Source of the DNA: a bacterium
GTDB lineage: Bacteria > Margulisbacteria > WOR-1 > O2-12-FULL-45-9 > XYB2-FULL-48-7
Length of the DNA stretch: 64,000 nucleotides
Reading direction: 5' to 3'
Assembly (NCBI GenBank): GCA_043812655.1
Contig: JBDRLW010000008.1
Location: 3,198-67,197 of the forward strand
How positions within the stretch are numbered: the first letter of the stretch is position 1; every line of letters starts with the position of its first letter. Shown here in pieces: positions 33,984 through 47,039 of the stretch. The notes beneath the pieces were generated by a model. It did not search any database. It saw only the letters and a list, made by a program, of their open reading frames with translations, and was not told the origin of the DNA. The position numbers and the translations under genes were made by a program.

Positions 33984-35318
33984 CTACAGTATCGGTAAAT
34001 ATTTTTTTATCTCATACTCCGTGACCTGGATCCTGAAATCATTCCATTCTTGCTTCTTAATTGCAATAAATCTTTCAAAGCAATGGTCACCCAAAGCTTC
34101 GCGCACCAACCCGCTTTTTTCGGTCACGGCGATCGCTTCACCCAAACTGGCTGGCAACGATTTCACGCCCCGCTCCGCCCGTTCTTCATCGTTCAAGTGA
34201 TAAAGGTTCAACTCCATCGGCTCCGGCAGTTTATACCCTTCCTCGATCCCTTTCAAGCCGGCTTGTAACATAACGGCGAACTGTAGATATGGATTTCCTG
34301 AAGGATCTGGGCAGCGAAGCTCCATCCTGGTCGCGACTTCTTTGCCTGGCTGATACATCGGTACACGGACCAAAGCTGAACGGTTTCGTCTTGACCAAGC
34401 GATATAAACCGGCGCTTCGAAGCCCGGGACTAAGCGTTTATAAGAATTAACCCAGGGAGCTAAAATGGAAATCATTTCCGGAGCGTGTTTTAAGATCCCG
34501 GCAATATATGATTTACCGACGGAAGACAAATGATATTTATCATTCGCGTCGTAGAACGCGTTAACCTTTCCTTTGAATAACGATTGGTGGCAGTGCATGC
34601 CGGAACCGTTTTGGCCAAAGATCGGCTTGGGCATGAAGGTCGCGTAGACCCCATTCTTAGAGGCGATCTCTTTAACCGTTAACCGGTAAGTCACGGTGTT
34701 ATCGGCCATCTTCAAAGCGTCGGCGTAGCGCATGTCGATCTCGTGTTGGCTGGGAGCAACTTCGTGATGGCTGTATTCAACCGTGATCCCAAGTTTCCTT
34801 AACGCGAAAACCGTATCTCGCCTAAGGTTTGAGGCCATATCGAGCGGCGTTAGATCAAAATAACCACCATTGTCGAGGACTTCTGTTCCTTTGGAATCTT
34901 TAAAGTAAAAGTATTCGAGTTCCGGCCCGATGTAGCAATGGTCAAAACCCATCTTTTTCATTTTATCCAGGGCTCTTTTTAAAACGTAGCGGGGATCGCC
35001 TTCATATGGTTTATGCTTACCGGCTGAAGGCTGTAAAATGTCGCAGATCATCCTGGCTACCGGTTTATCTTCCGGCCGCCACGGCAAGATAGCGAAAGTC
35101 TCAGGATCCGGCATCGCGATCATGTCCGACTCTTCGATCGCCTGGAAACCGGTGATCGAGGAACCGTCAAACCCCATTCCCTGGGTTAGCGCCCCTTCAA
35201 GTTCATCTGGGCCAACGGCAAAACTCTTGAGTATCCCGTTAAGATCAGTGAACCAGAACCTAATAAACTCGACCCCATTATCCTTAACCTGTTTTAAGAC
35301 ATCTTCCTTCGTAGTCAT
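33984..35318 (-). CDS. glnA: Glutamine synthetase type I
   Basis: 444 aa, GS catalytic motifs (NGSGMHCHQS). Sigma54 promoter upstream. Confidence 0.9.
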   Translation of the reverse strand: MTTKEDVLKQVKDNGVEFIRFWFTDLNGILKSFAVGPDELEGALTQGMGFDGSSITGFQAIEESDMIAMPDPETFAILPWRPEDKPVARMICDILQPSAGKHKPYEGDPRYVLKRALDKMKKMGFDHCYIGPELEYFYFKDSKGTEVLDNGGYFDLTPLDMASNLRRDTVFALRKLGITVEYSHHEVAPSQHEIDMRYADALKMADNTVTYRLTVKEIASKNGVYATFMPKPIFGQNGSGMHCHQSLFKGKVNAFYDANDKYHLSSVGKSYIAGILKHAPEMISILAPWVNSYKRLVPGFEAPVYIAWSRRNRSALVRVPMYQPGKEVATRMELRCPDPSGNPYLQFAVMLQAGLKGIEEGYKLPEPMELNLYHLNDEERAERGVKSLPASLGEAIAVTEKSGLVREALGDHCFERFIAIKKQEWNDFRIQVTEYEIKKYLPIL

Positions 35319-35355
35319 AGGTCAACACCCCCATAATTTAAATCCAATAGAGTAA

Positions 35356-35373
35356 AAGCAAATCAATTGCCGC
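35356..35373 (-). promoter_or_regulatory. Sigma54 (-24/-12) promoter for glnA(-gltBD)
   Basis: Minus-strand cGGCAAttgatTTGCTt has GG-N10-GC spacing and matches TGGCAC-N5-TTGCW, about 40 nt upstream of the glnA ATG. Confidence 0.55.
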
Positions 35374-35466
35374 TCTTAAACCCGGTCATTTTACGACAAT
35401 TATGTAGAATATTTGGGGTGTTTTTACGTTTTTGTATGGATATATTTAGGGTTACGTTCGGAACCT

Positions 35467-35552
35467 GAGAATAAAATTCTCGGTTCCTCAAAAAATGGAA
35501 CCGCGACTTTCAGCCTTGCCTGCCGGCAGGCAGGTCGCAGGTTCATACCAAA
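35467..35552. repeat. R5 repeat with an R6 palindrome nested in its second hairpin loop
   Basis: cggaacctgagaataaaattctcggttcc...ggaaccgcga[ctttcagccttgcctgccggcaggcagg]tcgcaggttc. Confidence 0.7.
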
Positions 35553-35554
35553 TC

Positions 35555-37648
35555 TTACAATATTGTTAAAAGTTCCTGGTATTTTGCCATCGGCCAAAAT
35601 CCGTCCGCTACCAGAGTTTCAGCTTTATCAATGCTCTCGCGCAGATCGGCCAAAGCATTAGCCCCATTTTTGGCATACAATTTGGCTTTTTTCTCCAAGT
35701 TCTCTTCCTGTTCGCAAACAACGATCGCTTTCTCCAGCCCCTTGATCGCCTCTTTTACATCAGCATACAGGTACGAGGCTACTTTCAAATCGGCGGCCAT
35801 GGCGCTGTTTTTGGATGTCGCCTTAACGGCTTCGCCTAACGCCGCGATCTGGGCTAAAACCGCGGGCAGGACCAGCGTTTTGGCAATGTTCAAACCGGCT
35901 TTTAGTTCAACATCTTTGATCTTAATGTACGCATCCAGCTTGATCTCCACTTTTGAATGGAGCTCCCTCTTGGAAAGAACGCCATATTTTTCAAAAAGCT
36001 CAACACTCTCTTTCTCCAGCATTAAATCCAGAGAGTCTGGAGTGTTCTTGGCGTTAGGCAGTCCCCGTTTAGCCGCTTCCTTGTGCCACTCTTCAGAATA
36101 ATTGTTCCCTTCAAAACGCACCTTCTTGGTTTCTTTCAGGATATCCTTCATGACCAGGATCGCTTTTTCCTCAATGTTCTTCCCTTTTTTCGCTGACAGC
36201 CGGCTGGCTATTTCATCATAGCCGTAAGCCACGATCAGATTAAGGGTGGTCGCGGCTTCCGCGCAGTTCTGGGATGAACCGACAGCGCGGAATTCGAACT
36301 TATTGCCGGTAAAAGCGAGTGGCGATGTCCGATTTCTGTCAGATGTATCCTTGGCCACTTTAGGCAGGTTCTGGACATCTAAATTGATGTGGGAAAGGCT
36401 CTTTTCGCTCACTTCGTTGCCAACCCCTTCGATCTCATCCATCAATCTGGCTAAATATTCACCGAGATAAACGGACATGATAGCAGGAGGAGCTTCGTTC
36501 GCACCAAGCCGGTGGTCGTTCCCCGCATCAGCAACTGCCGCCCGCAGGAGGCCGCCGAATTTATTGACTCCAAGAAGGATCGCGCCTAAGGTGAGCAGGA
36601 AATTAATGTTTTTGATCGGCGAATCGGACGGTTCAAGATAATTCGTCCCGCTTTCATCTCCGAGTGACCAATTAAAGTGTTTACCAGAACCATTGACCCC
36701 AGCAAAAGGTTTTTCATATAGTACGGCAACCATCCCATGCTTTTCGGCCACCCGGCGGATGATCTCCATCAGCTGTAAGTTGTGGTCGATAGCCAGGTTG
36801 ACCTCCTCATAAAGCGGAGCGACCTCGAACTGGTTGGGAGAAACTTCATTATGCCTGGTCTTCGAAGGAATACCGTGCCGATAAAGCTCGGCATCAAAAT
36901 CTTCCATGAACATCATTACTTTGTCTTTGATCGAACCAAAATAATGGTCTTCGAGCTGTTGGCCTTTGGCCGGAGCCGCGCCAAAAAGCGTCCGGCCGGT
37001 AATGCGCAGGTCAGGCCGCGTATCAAAAAGTTCTTTGGAAACCAGGAAATATTCCTGCTCGGGCCCACCGTAAACCTTCATTTTTTTAACTGTGTTACCC
37101 AATAGTTTTTGCAGTTTTGTTGCCGATCCGGTCAAGGCCTTCATGGAACGAAGAAGAGGGGTTTTCATGTCCAGGACTTCGCCGGTCCAGGAAAGGTAAA
37201 CGGTCGGGATAACTAGGGTCTTAGTATCCCCTGCTTCCAGTAAAAATGCCGGGCTGGTCGGGTCCCACGCGGTATAACCTCTGGCTTCAAAGGTAGAGCG
37301 GATCCCGCCAGAAGGGAAGCTGGAGGCATCCGGTTCCGACTGGATCAGTTGTTTCGCGCTGAAACGCTCGACCATCTCCCCATCTTTGCCGTAGCTAAGG
37401 AAAGCATCATGCTTTTCAGCCGTACCGCCGCGTTGGGGTTGGAACCAGTGGGTAAAATGGGTGGCTCCATTCTCCATTGCCCATTCTTTCATCGCGTGGG
37501 CAACATCACGGGCGATCATTTCATCGAGGGGTTCGCCACCATCTAAAGTGGCAACTAATTTACTATAAACTTCTTTGCTTAATTTATCTTTCATCACCTT
37601 GCGGCTGAAAGTCAGTTCTCCGAATATTTGGCTAGCTGGTTTTGTCAT
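35555..37648 (-). CDS. glnN: Glutamine synthetase type III (GlnN)
   Basis: About 700 aa GSIII architecture. Start trimmed to MTKPASQIF, which has an AGGAGA SD. Confidence 0.8.
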   Translation of the reverse strand: MTKPASQIFGELTFSRKVMKDKLSKEVYSKLVATLDGGEPLDEMIARDVAHAMKEWAMENGATHFTHWFQPQRGGTAEKHDAFLSYGKDGEMVERFSAKQLIQSEPDASSFPSGGIRSTFEARGYTAWDPTSPAFLLEAGDTKTLVIPTVYLSWTGEVLDMKTPLLRSMKALTGSATKLQKLLGNTVKKMKVYGGPEQEYFLVSKELFDTRPDLRITGRTLFGAAPAKGQQLEDHYFGSIKDKVMMFMEDFDAELYRHGIPSKTRHNEVSPNQFEVAPLYEEVNLAIDHNLQLMEIIRRVAEKHGMVAVLYEKPFAGVNGSGKHFNWSLGDESGTNYLEPSDSPIKNINFLLTLGAILLGVNKFGGLLRAAVADAGNDHRLGANEAPPAIMSVYLGEYLARLMDEIEGVGNEVSEKSLSHINLDVQNLPKVAKDTSDRNRTSPLAFTGNKFEFRAVGSSQNCAEAATTLNLIVAYGYDEIASRLSAKKGKNIEEKAILVMKDILKETKKVRFEGNNYSEEWHKEAAKRGLPNAKNTPDSLDLMLEKESVELFEKYGVLSKRELHSKVEIKLDAYIKIKDVELKAGLNIAKTLVLPAVLAQIAALGEAVKATSKNSAMAADLKVASYLYADVKEAIKGLEKAIVVCEQEENLEKKAKLYAKNGANALADLRESIDKAETLVADGFWPMAKYQELLTIL

Positions 37649-37696
37649 GTGATATTTCTCCTTTTCACAGCATTTTAACATTATGCTTCAATAGAA

Positions 37697-37713
37697 AGCA
37701 ATTTCATTGCCAG
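37697..37713 (-). promoter_or_regulatory. Sigma54 (-24/-12) promoter for glnN
   Basis: Minus-strand cTGGCAAtgaaaTTGCTt is a near-consensus TGGCAC-N5-TTGCW element, about 50 nt upstream of the start. Confidence 0.6.
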
Positions 37714-37773
37714 TTGAAGCCCGCACAAACTCAAACAATTTTGTAATAAATGCCTGTGGATAATACAAAATTG

Positions 37774-40207
<2,434 letters not shown>

Positions 40208-40221
<14 letters not shown>

Positions 40222-41704
40222 TAATAGTATCCTTATAGCTGGCGATCAGTTTAGCTAAACGCTCTTCCGCTTCTTTGGAAAACTCTTTGAGCCCGGCCAT
40301 CAGCTCGGGATCGCTCCGCCGCACAAAACTGGTCACCCCTTTCTCAAACTCCTTGACTTGAGTCAGCGGGATATTATCCATATAGCCGGTGATCGCGGCA
40401 TAAATAATAATGATCTCATCTTCAACCGGCAGAGGCTCGTTCTTCTCTTGCTTTAAAGTCTCTGCCATCAGGGCGCCGCGTTTTAACTGCCGCTTTGTCT
40501 CCTCGTCAACTTCGGTCGCGAAAAGCGAAAACGACTGCTTTTCCCGGTATTGGGCCAGATCCAGGCGAAGCCGCCCAGCGATCTTCCTGATCGCCGGAAC
40601 TTGGGCTTTGCCGCCAACCCGGGAAACAGAAATGCCGACGTTAACGGCCGGACGGATGCCGGCATTAAAAAGGTCGGTTTCGAGGAAGATCTGCCCGTCG
40701 GTAATAGAAATGACATTGGTCGGGATATATGAGGTGACATCCCCTAATTGGGTTTCAATGATCGGCAAAGCGGTCATTGAGCCCCCGCCTAACTCAGCTT
40801 TCAGTTTAGCCGCCCGCTCAAGCAACCTGGCATGGAGATAAAAGACATCCCCAGGATAAGCTTCTCTCCCCGGTGGCCGACGGAGTAAAAGAGAGATCAT
40901 CCGGTAAGCCTTGGCGTGTTTAGTTAAATCATCATAAATGATCAAAACATCTTTGCCGTTAAACATAAATTCTTCAGCGATCGCGCAACCGGCAAAAGGA
41001 GCGACATATTGAAGGGAAGCCGGATCAGAGGCGGAGGCGGAAACCACGACCGTATAATCCATCGCGCCGTGTTCTTTTAAGGTTTCGATCATCTGGACAA
41101 TATTCGACTCTTTTTGCCCAATAGCAACGTAAATACAAACAACATTTTGGTCTTTCTGGTTAATGATCGTATCGACCACGATGACCGATTTCCCCGTTGA
41201 GCGGTCGCCGATGATCAGCTCTCTCTGCCCGCGGCCAATAGGGATCAGGGTGTCGATCAATTTACAGCCGGTCTGGAGCGGTTGGCAAACAGGGGTCCGG
41301 TCAACCACCCCCGGAGCAATTTTTTCAACCGGGCGGAATTTATCGGTCTTGATCTCTCCCAAGCCATCGACCGGTTTTCCCAACGCATCAACTACTCGGC
41401 CGATCAACGCATCTCCAACCGGGACCTGCATCACTTGGCCGGTCGATTTAGCCGTATCCCCTTCTCTTACCGCGGTATGGGGCCCTAGTAAAACAGCCTG
41501 GATGTTCTCCTTTTCAAGGTTAAAAACCATCCCCAAATAATTATTCCGGAATTCAACCATCTCCCCAGCCATCGCCGAAGAGAGGCCTTTGATCTTAATG
41601 ATCCCGTCGAGCGATTCAATGACGGTGCCAACTTCCCCGACCCGAGCCGTCGGGGTAAAAGCTTCGATATGTTTTTTTATGATCGAGGAAATATCTTCAG
41701 ACAA
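40208..41704 (-). CDS. atpA: F-type ATP synthase alpha subunit
   Basis: Walker A GDRSTGKS, 498 aa. Confidence 0.9.
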
Positions 41705-42194
41705 TGAGCGCCTCCTTTATGGCTTCAATTTCGCCTTGCAATGTAGAATCATAATAGCGGCCGTCTTCCCATTTTAATTTTAAGCCGCCAATGATCTTGG
41801 GATCGACTTTGAAGCGATATCTTATTTTGTCGGGCTTTATAGCTTTAAAAACATTTTCGTTCAGCAGCGGGACGGCCGACGTTACTTCCAGGTATTCGGT
41901 GGCTGTTTTCTTGGAAACAACTTCCGAATATTTATTGGCCAGCCAAGAGAGCCTTTCCAGCAATTCCTCCCGCAACAGCAAATTAAAAAGGTCGCGAAAA
42001 ACCCGCGAAGCGGCAGGGAAAAGATCGGCAAGAACGGTCCGCTTATTTTTCTCCGATACGCCATTGTCAACAAAAAAATACTTAAGATCAAGATCGCTGT
42101 TAAGGGCGTAGGAAAAACGGTAAAGCTCGCGCTCCAGCTGGAGCGCGTCTTTTCCCGCTAGATCATATAATTTTTCGACATCGATCTCTTTCAT
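41697..42194 (-). CDS. atpH: F-type ATP synthase delta subunit (OSCP)
   Basis: Operon position and size (165 aa). Confidence 0.7.
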   Translation of the reverse strand: MKEIDVEKLYDLAGKDALQLERELYRFSYALNSDLDLKYFFVDNGVSEKNKRTVLADLFPAASRVFRDLFNLLLREELLERLSWLANKYSEVVSKKTATEYLEVTSAVPLLNENVFKAIKPDKIRYRFKVDPKIIGGLKLKWEDGRYYDSTLQGEIEAIKEALIV

Positions 42195-42673
42195 GGTTTA
42201 ACCTGGGCGATACTCTCCTCTATTAAACGGCGGTTATCTTCGGGCGTTATTACCCGGCGCAAAACTTTTCCGGTCGCCATGGCCACCAACTCCACGACTT
42301 CCTGCTTGGCGGAAGCAACGATCTTGTCTTTTTCCCGTTCCAGCTCAAGCCGCGCTTTTTCCATTATTTTATCGGCTTCCCGGCTGGCTGCGGTAATGAT
42401 CCCTTCCTTGGTCTGGCGGCCTTCTTCTTTTGCCCTCTCTACCATCTGGTCAGCGCTTTGGTGGGCTTGCGCATATTTTTTCTTTTGGTCTTCTAGCAAT
42501 TCGGCTGTTTTCTTTTGGTTAGCTTCGGCCAAAGCGATCGAATCGGCGATCATTTTTTCCCTCATCGCCAAAAAATTCAGGAGGGGTGGCAATGCTACTT
42601 TATAAAGCAAGGCCACCAACATCCCAAAAGAGACCGTTGTCCAAAATATCAATCCAGTTTCAATTTCGAGCAT
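42191..42673 (-). CDS. atpF: F-type ATP synthase b subunit
   Basis: Single N-terminal TM helix plus a long charged helix. Confidence 0.75.
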   Translation of the reverse strand: MLEIETGLIFWTTVSFGMLVALLYKVALPPLLNFLAMREKMIADSIALAEANQKKTAELLEDQKKKYAQAHQSADQMVERAKEEGRQTKEGIITAASREADKIMEKARLELEREKDKIVASAKQEVVELVAMATGKVLRRVITPEDNRRLIEESIAQVKP

Positions 42674-42679
42674 TGTTCC

Positions 42680-42937
<258 letters not shown>

Positions 42938-43669
42938 TTAATGGTTTTCTTCCAACGCGGTCGCGATATAAAGCGATGACAAATAAGCAAAAATAAACGC
43001 CTGGATGAACGCGACAAAAACTTCAAATATTGAGAAAATAAAATCACCAAGCAAAGGCAAAGGAATGACCAAATAGCTTTTAAAAATAAAGATCAAAGAC
43101 AAAAGGATCATCATTAAAGCATGGCCAGCAAACATATTGGCAAACAAGCGGAGCGCCAGGGAAAAAGGCTTGGCTAATTGGCTAAGAAACTCGATCGGAA
43201 CCATTAAGACTTGGACAAAGAACGGAATATCACAAGGGACAAGTGATCTGGCGTAACTGACCAGGCCGCGCTTTTTAATGCCGCTTAAATGGACAACAAG
43301 GAAGACGATGACCGCCAGCGTTCCCGTCACATTAATATTGGCGGTCACGCCGGAAAATATTGGGATCAACCCGGCCAGGTTGCAAAACAGGACAAAGAAA
43401 AAAAGAGCGATAATGAAAGGGAGCCACTTATCTTTTTCTGTCCCTAATTGTTCTCCCATTTCATTCCGCAGAAATATGACCATCGTTTCAGCCAGGTTTT
43501 GGGCGGTCCCCGGAACAAGTTTTAGCGAGCAGGTAGCTAAAAAAAAGAAGAATAAAACTGATATTCCCGCTACCCATAGAGTTATTACTCCATTAGTGAT
43601 CGAAATATCCACGCCAAACAATGAAAGAGGTATTATTGTGCGTTGATAAAGATTTTCAAGTACGTTCAT
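42938..43669 (-). CDS. atpB: F-type ATP synthase a subunit
   Basis: Polytopic protein with the conserved Arg region (LALRLFANMFAGH). Confidence 0.85.
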   Translation of the reverse strand: MNVLENLYQRTIIPLSLFGVDISITNGVITLWVAGISVLFFFFLATCSLKLVPGTAQNLAETMVIFLRNEMGEQLGTEKDKWLPFIIALFFFVLFCNLAGLIPIFSGVTANINVTGTLAVIVFLVVHLSGIKKRGLVSYARSLVPCDIPFFVQVLMVPIEFLSQLAKPFSLALRLFANMFAGHALMMILLSLIFIFKSYLVIPLPLLGDFIFSIFEVFVAFIQAFIFAYLSSLYIATALEENH

Positions 43670-43841
43670 TTTTACCTTCTGTCATTTTATACGCATTCCA
43701 AAAACCGGCCGCCGCACCAAGGATAACACCAATAATCAATCCCCAAGGGACATTGATCTTGTAACCGATAAAAGCGCCCAGAAAAACCGCCGCCGCGATC
43801 TCAAACCCTAAACCAGCGGACCCAATCCAAGCATTATTCAT
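43656..43841 (-). CDS. Small ATP-synthase-associated membrane protein (AtpI/AtpZ-like)
   Basis: 61-aa two-TM protein immediately upstream of atpB. Confidence 0.35.
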   Translation of the reverse strand: MNNAWIGSAGLGFEIAAAVFLGAFIGYKINVPWGLIIGVILGAAAGFWNAYKMTEGKNERT

Positions 43842-43873
43842 CTTCTGATATTTTAGCAGTAATTAATTTTTTA

Positions 43874-44212
43874 TTAAAGCGCCTTTTCGCCCCGCTCCCC
43901 AGTCCTGACCCTGACAACATCCAAAACAGGGGAGATAAATATCTTGCCATCGCCAACTTTGCCGGTGGAACAGGTTTTCTGGATAACCTCTATGATCGTG
44001 TCAACCTTGGCATCGGCCACTACTAGTTCAACTTTTATTTTGGGGATAAATTCGACGCGATAATCACCAACCCGCCACTCAAGCGTGATCCCTTTTTGCG
44101 CCCCTCGCCCTTTAACTTCTGTCACCGTCATTGAGGAAAGATTTTGAGCATCAAGCGCTTCCCTTAGCTCTTCAAGCTTTTCACTTCTGATGATCACTTC
44201 AACTTTTTTCAT
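43874..44212 (-). CDS. glnK: P-II nitrogen regulatory protein (GlnK type, downstream of amt)
   Basis: 112 aa with a PII fold and T-loop (RGAQKG). Confidence 0.85.
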   Translation of the reverse strand: MKKVEVIIRSEKLEELREALDAQNLSSMTVTEVKGRGAQKGITLEWRVGDYRVEFIPKIKVELVVADAKVDTIIEVIQKTCSTGKVGDGKIFISPVLDVVRVRTGERGEKAL

Positions 44213-44249
44213 TTTTTTTTACCTCCTTTATGCTGAGCTTGTCGAAGCA

Positions 44250-45470
44250 TTATGCCACCTCCGCGTGCTGGGAAATATCAAGCCCGACCAACTCTTCGTT
44301 CTCGGTCACTCTAAGACCGATCATTAAATCGACAAGCTTCGCTAAGATAAGGGCCGCCACAAAAGCAAAAAGCGCTGTAATGCTCGCGGCTTGGAATTGG
44401 ATCCACAATTGCCCTGGGTTGCCAAACAATAATCCGTCGGCTCCGGCGGGATTGACAGCTTTACTGGCAAAGATACCGGTCGCGATCGCGCCCCAAAATC
44501 CTCCAATCCCATGGCAGGCAAAGGCATCAAGCGACTCATCGATCCTAATTTTCATCCGTAGAATGATCATATAGTACGAGATGATCGCCGCGATCGCCCC
44601 GATCGCGATCGAAGAAAGCGGATCAACAAACCCTGCGGCAGGCGTAATGGCCACTAGTCCTACTACCGCTCCGGTCGCCACCCCCAAAACGCTTGGCCGA
44701 CGGTGGATCCAACTCAATACCATCCAGGTCAGGGCCGCCGCGGCCGCCGCTGTATTAGTGACTGCAACTGCCGAAGCAGCTAAACCGTTAGCCGCTAAAG
44801 ATGACCCGCCGTTAAAACCAAACCAGCCAAACCAAAGGAGAACAGCGCCAATGACAACCAGCGGAATATTAGAAGGCTCCATGTTGTCTTTGCCATAGCC
44901 GCGCCGTTTGCCGATGACCAACGCGATCGCCAGCGCGGTAAAACCAGCGGTGATATGGACAACCGTTCCCCCGGCAAAATCAAGCGCTCCCATCATCCGA
45001 AGCCAACCGCCAACACCCCAGATCCAATGGGCCACTGGATCATAAACTATTGTCGTCCAAAGAAGAGAGAATATAAGAAAAGCCGAAAATTTAGCCCTCT
45101 CCACGAACGCGCTGACAAAAAGCGTCGGCGTGACGATCGCGAAAGCCGCCTGGAAGATCATAAAGACCAAAGCCGGGATCGTCGCCGCATAATCAACATT
45201 CGGCGCTTGACCAACGCCTAGTAATCCTAACCACTGGCCCCCGCCGATCAAACCTTTAAGTGTGGGAGCAAAAGCTAAAGAATAGCCAATCAAAACCCAC
45301 TGGATACTAACTACAAACAGGAGCGCAAAACACATCATGATAGTGGAAAGAATATTTTTTTTCCTCACCATCCCGCCGTAAAAGAACCCGACCGCCGGCG
45401 TCATCAAGATCACTAGCGCCGCCGAAATTAAAACCCAAGCCGTATCTCCGCTGTTTATCATTTCTATCAT
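44250..45470 (-). CDS. amt: Ammonium transporter Amt
   Basis: 11-TM Amt/MEP family protein ([10 protein letters not shown]). Confidence 0.9.
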   Translation of the reverse strand: MIEMINSGDTAWVLISAALVILMTPAVGFFYGGMVRKKNILSTIMMCFALLFVVSIQWVLIGYSLAFAPTLKGLIGGGQWLGLLGVGQAPNVDYAATIPALVFMIFQAAFAIVTPTLFVSAFVERAKFSAFLIFSLLWTTIVYDPVAHWIWGVGGWLRMMGALDFAGGTVVHITAGFTALAIALVIGKRRGYGKDNMEPSNIPLVVIGAVLLWFGWFGFNGGSSLAANGLAASAVAVTNTAAAAAALTWMVLSWIHRRPSVLGVATGAVVGLVAITPAAGFVDPLSSIAIGAIAAIISYYMIILRMKIRIDESLDAFACHGIGGFWGAIATGIFASKAVNPAGADGLLFGNPGQLWIQFQAASITALFAFVAALILAKLVDLMIGLRVTENEELVGLDISQHAEVA

Positions 45471-45476
45471 CCTCCT

Positions 45477-46205
45477 TTATAAATTAATATCCAACTGCGT
45501 GGTTAGCGTTGGTTTCGCCCCATTGTTATATTTGCCATAAGCACAGAGAACAGAGGTATTCGCTGAAAATGCGTATGAAAAACCGGCAAACAAGGCACCA
45601 AGTGACGAGTCGCCTCCAGCATAATCAACCGAAGCCCATATTTTATCGGTCAGCATTTTATCCCAAGTTAAAATAACACCCGCTCCGTCAGAGCCTAAAG
45701 TAGTTTTATTTCCCGCAAAGTAGCCAGCCGATATTCGGCCAAAGCTAAAGGTTTTTGCCCCAACACCATAAAGAATATTTTGGTCGGTCGCCCCTTTAAG
45801 CAAACCAAAGCCATACCCACCAACCGCTAAAGCCGGGAAAATATCGCTTTCAGCAATCCCATATTTAGCATTAAAAACCAAAGAACTTCCGGCCACTCCC
45901 TGGGGCAGAAAGGCATCAGCTCCAATTTCAACTCCCGAAATTACACCATAAGTTAAACCCAGGTCGGTCGGAAATTGCTGGCCGCCAGAACCCTTATCTT
46001 CAACTGAAAAATAATCATCAATCCCCAGATGCCATGTCCCCTTCGCCTGGATATCGGTCGACGGATTCCAGATCTGGGTCGACGGCGTCGCCAGCGCAGC
46101 CCCTCCCACTAACAAACTAACCAACAAACAAATGGCTCGACAAGCTCGCCATCCCAGCCATCCCGAGCTCCGTCGAGGGACTAACAGACTTTTCATGATT
46201 TTCAT
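45477..46205 (-). CDS. Putative outer-membrane porin co-transcribed with amt-glnK
   Basis: Signal peptide then alternating amphipathic beta-strands. Start trimmed to the ATG at 46205 (AAGGAGGG SD). An R4 repeat copy is translated within the signal-peptide region. Confidence 0.4.
   Translation of the reverse strand: MKIMKSLLVPRRSSGWLGWRACRAICLLVSLLVGGAALATPSTQIWNPSTDIQAKGTWHLGIDDYFSVEDKGSGGQQFPTDLGLTYGVISGVEIGADAFLPQGVAGSSLVFNAKYGIAESDIFPALAVGGYGFGLLKGATDQNILYGVGAKTFSFGRISAGYFAGNKTTLGSDGAGVILTWDKMLTDKIWASVDYAGGDSSLGALFAGFSYAFSANTSVLCAYGKYNNGAKPTLTTQLDINL
46108..46185. repeat. R4 repeat (short form) in the porin gene signal-peptide region, translated from the opposite strand
   Basis: ctaacaaactaaccaacaaacaaATGGCTCGACAAGCTCGCCATCCCAGCCATCCCGAGCTCCGTCGAGGGActaaca. 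Same plus-strand orientation as the 17.8-kb copy, but the host gene is on the minus strand. Confidence 0.75.
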
Positions 46206-46230
46206 TGTTTCCCTCCTTGCCCAATAAAAG

Positions 46231-46247
46231 AGCAAACTTTCTGCCAG
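46231..46247 (-). promoter_or_regulatory. Sigma54 (-24/-12) promoter for porin-amt-glnK
   Basis: Minus-strand cTGGCAGaaagtTTGCTc is near-perfect consensus. It overlaps the ORF-track start of the porin, which argues for the downstream ATG. Confidence 0.65.
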
Positions 46248-46313
46248 GAGAGAAATAGGGGGTTAAACTATAATGAGAAACAATTTTGTAGCGATATTAG
46301 ATGGAGTTATACG

Positions 46314-47039
46314 TTATTGTAGGCCGAATATTTCGGGCAGGGTCCGTTTGTGTTCGCTAGCAGCTTGACGTTTTCTTATTAGTTCGATCTTATCTTTGGC
46401 AATCCCTTTGTCATTACCGGAAAGGAACTGGTCGAGTTCATCGTAAGTGATCCCCATCTCACTTTCATCTGTCTGCCCTGCCCAAAGACCGGCGCTCGGC
46501 GCTTTATCAATAATTTCTTTTGTGACGCCTAATTCTTGAGCCAAAGCCCTCACGTCTTTCTTTAAAAGATTCCCTAACGGCAAAAGGTCAACTCCCCCAT
46601 CGCCATATTTCGTAAAATAGCCCATTTCCAGTTCCGACCTGTTCCCCGTCCCGATCACTAAATAATTTAGTTGGCTGGCAAAATAATAAAGGGTCGTCAT
46701 CCGCAGTCTTGGTTTAATGTTGGCGATACTTAGGTCTTTCTGACCGCTATATGGCTTGCCTTCAAAGACACCAAACAATGAGTCAAATGAAGTAGACAGG
46801 TCAATCTCTTTGATTTTCAGATCAATTCGTTGCGCAAATTCTTTGGCATGATCAATATCGACCGCTAAACTGTGGCAAGGAAGAATTAACGCTAAAGTAT
46901 TTTGAGGAAAAACTTTTTTGCAAAGGAGCGCCACCACCGCAGAGTCAATTCCGCCGGAAAGTCCTAAAATACAACCTTTGGCTCCGGCTGCCTCAACCTT
47001 TTGTTTGATCCAATTAGAAATTTTTTCTGATCTATTCAT
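46314..47039 (-). CDS. nadE: NH3-dependent NAD+ synthetase
   Basis: GLSGGIDSAVV PP-loop, 241 aa. Confidence 0.85.
   Translation of the reverse strand: MNRSEKISNWIKQKVEAAGAKGCILGLSGGIDSAVVALLCKKVFPQNTLALILPCHSLAVDIDHAKEFAQRIDLKIKEIDLSTSFDSLFGVFEGKPYSGQKDLSIANIKPRLRMTTLYYFASQLNYLVIGTGNRSELEMGYFTKYGDGGVDLLPLGNLLKKDVRALAQELGVTKEIIDKAPSAGLWAGQTDESEMGITYDELDQFLSGNDKGIAKDKIELIRKRQAASEHKRTLPEIFGLQ

Noticed and set aside
35413-35661. The 82-aa ORF in the glnA-glnN intergenic region.
   Set aside because: Its sequence (SEPENKILGSSKNGTATFSLACRQAGR) is simply the translation of the R5/R6 repeat copy. There is no SD and it overlaps the glnN 3' end. Judged spurious.
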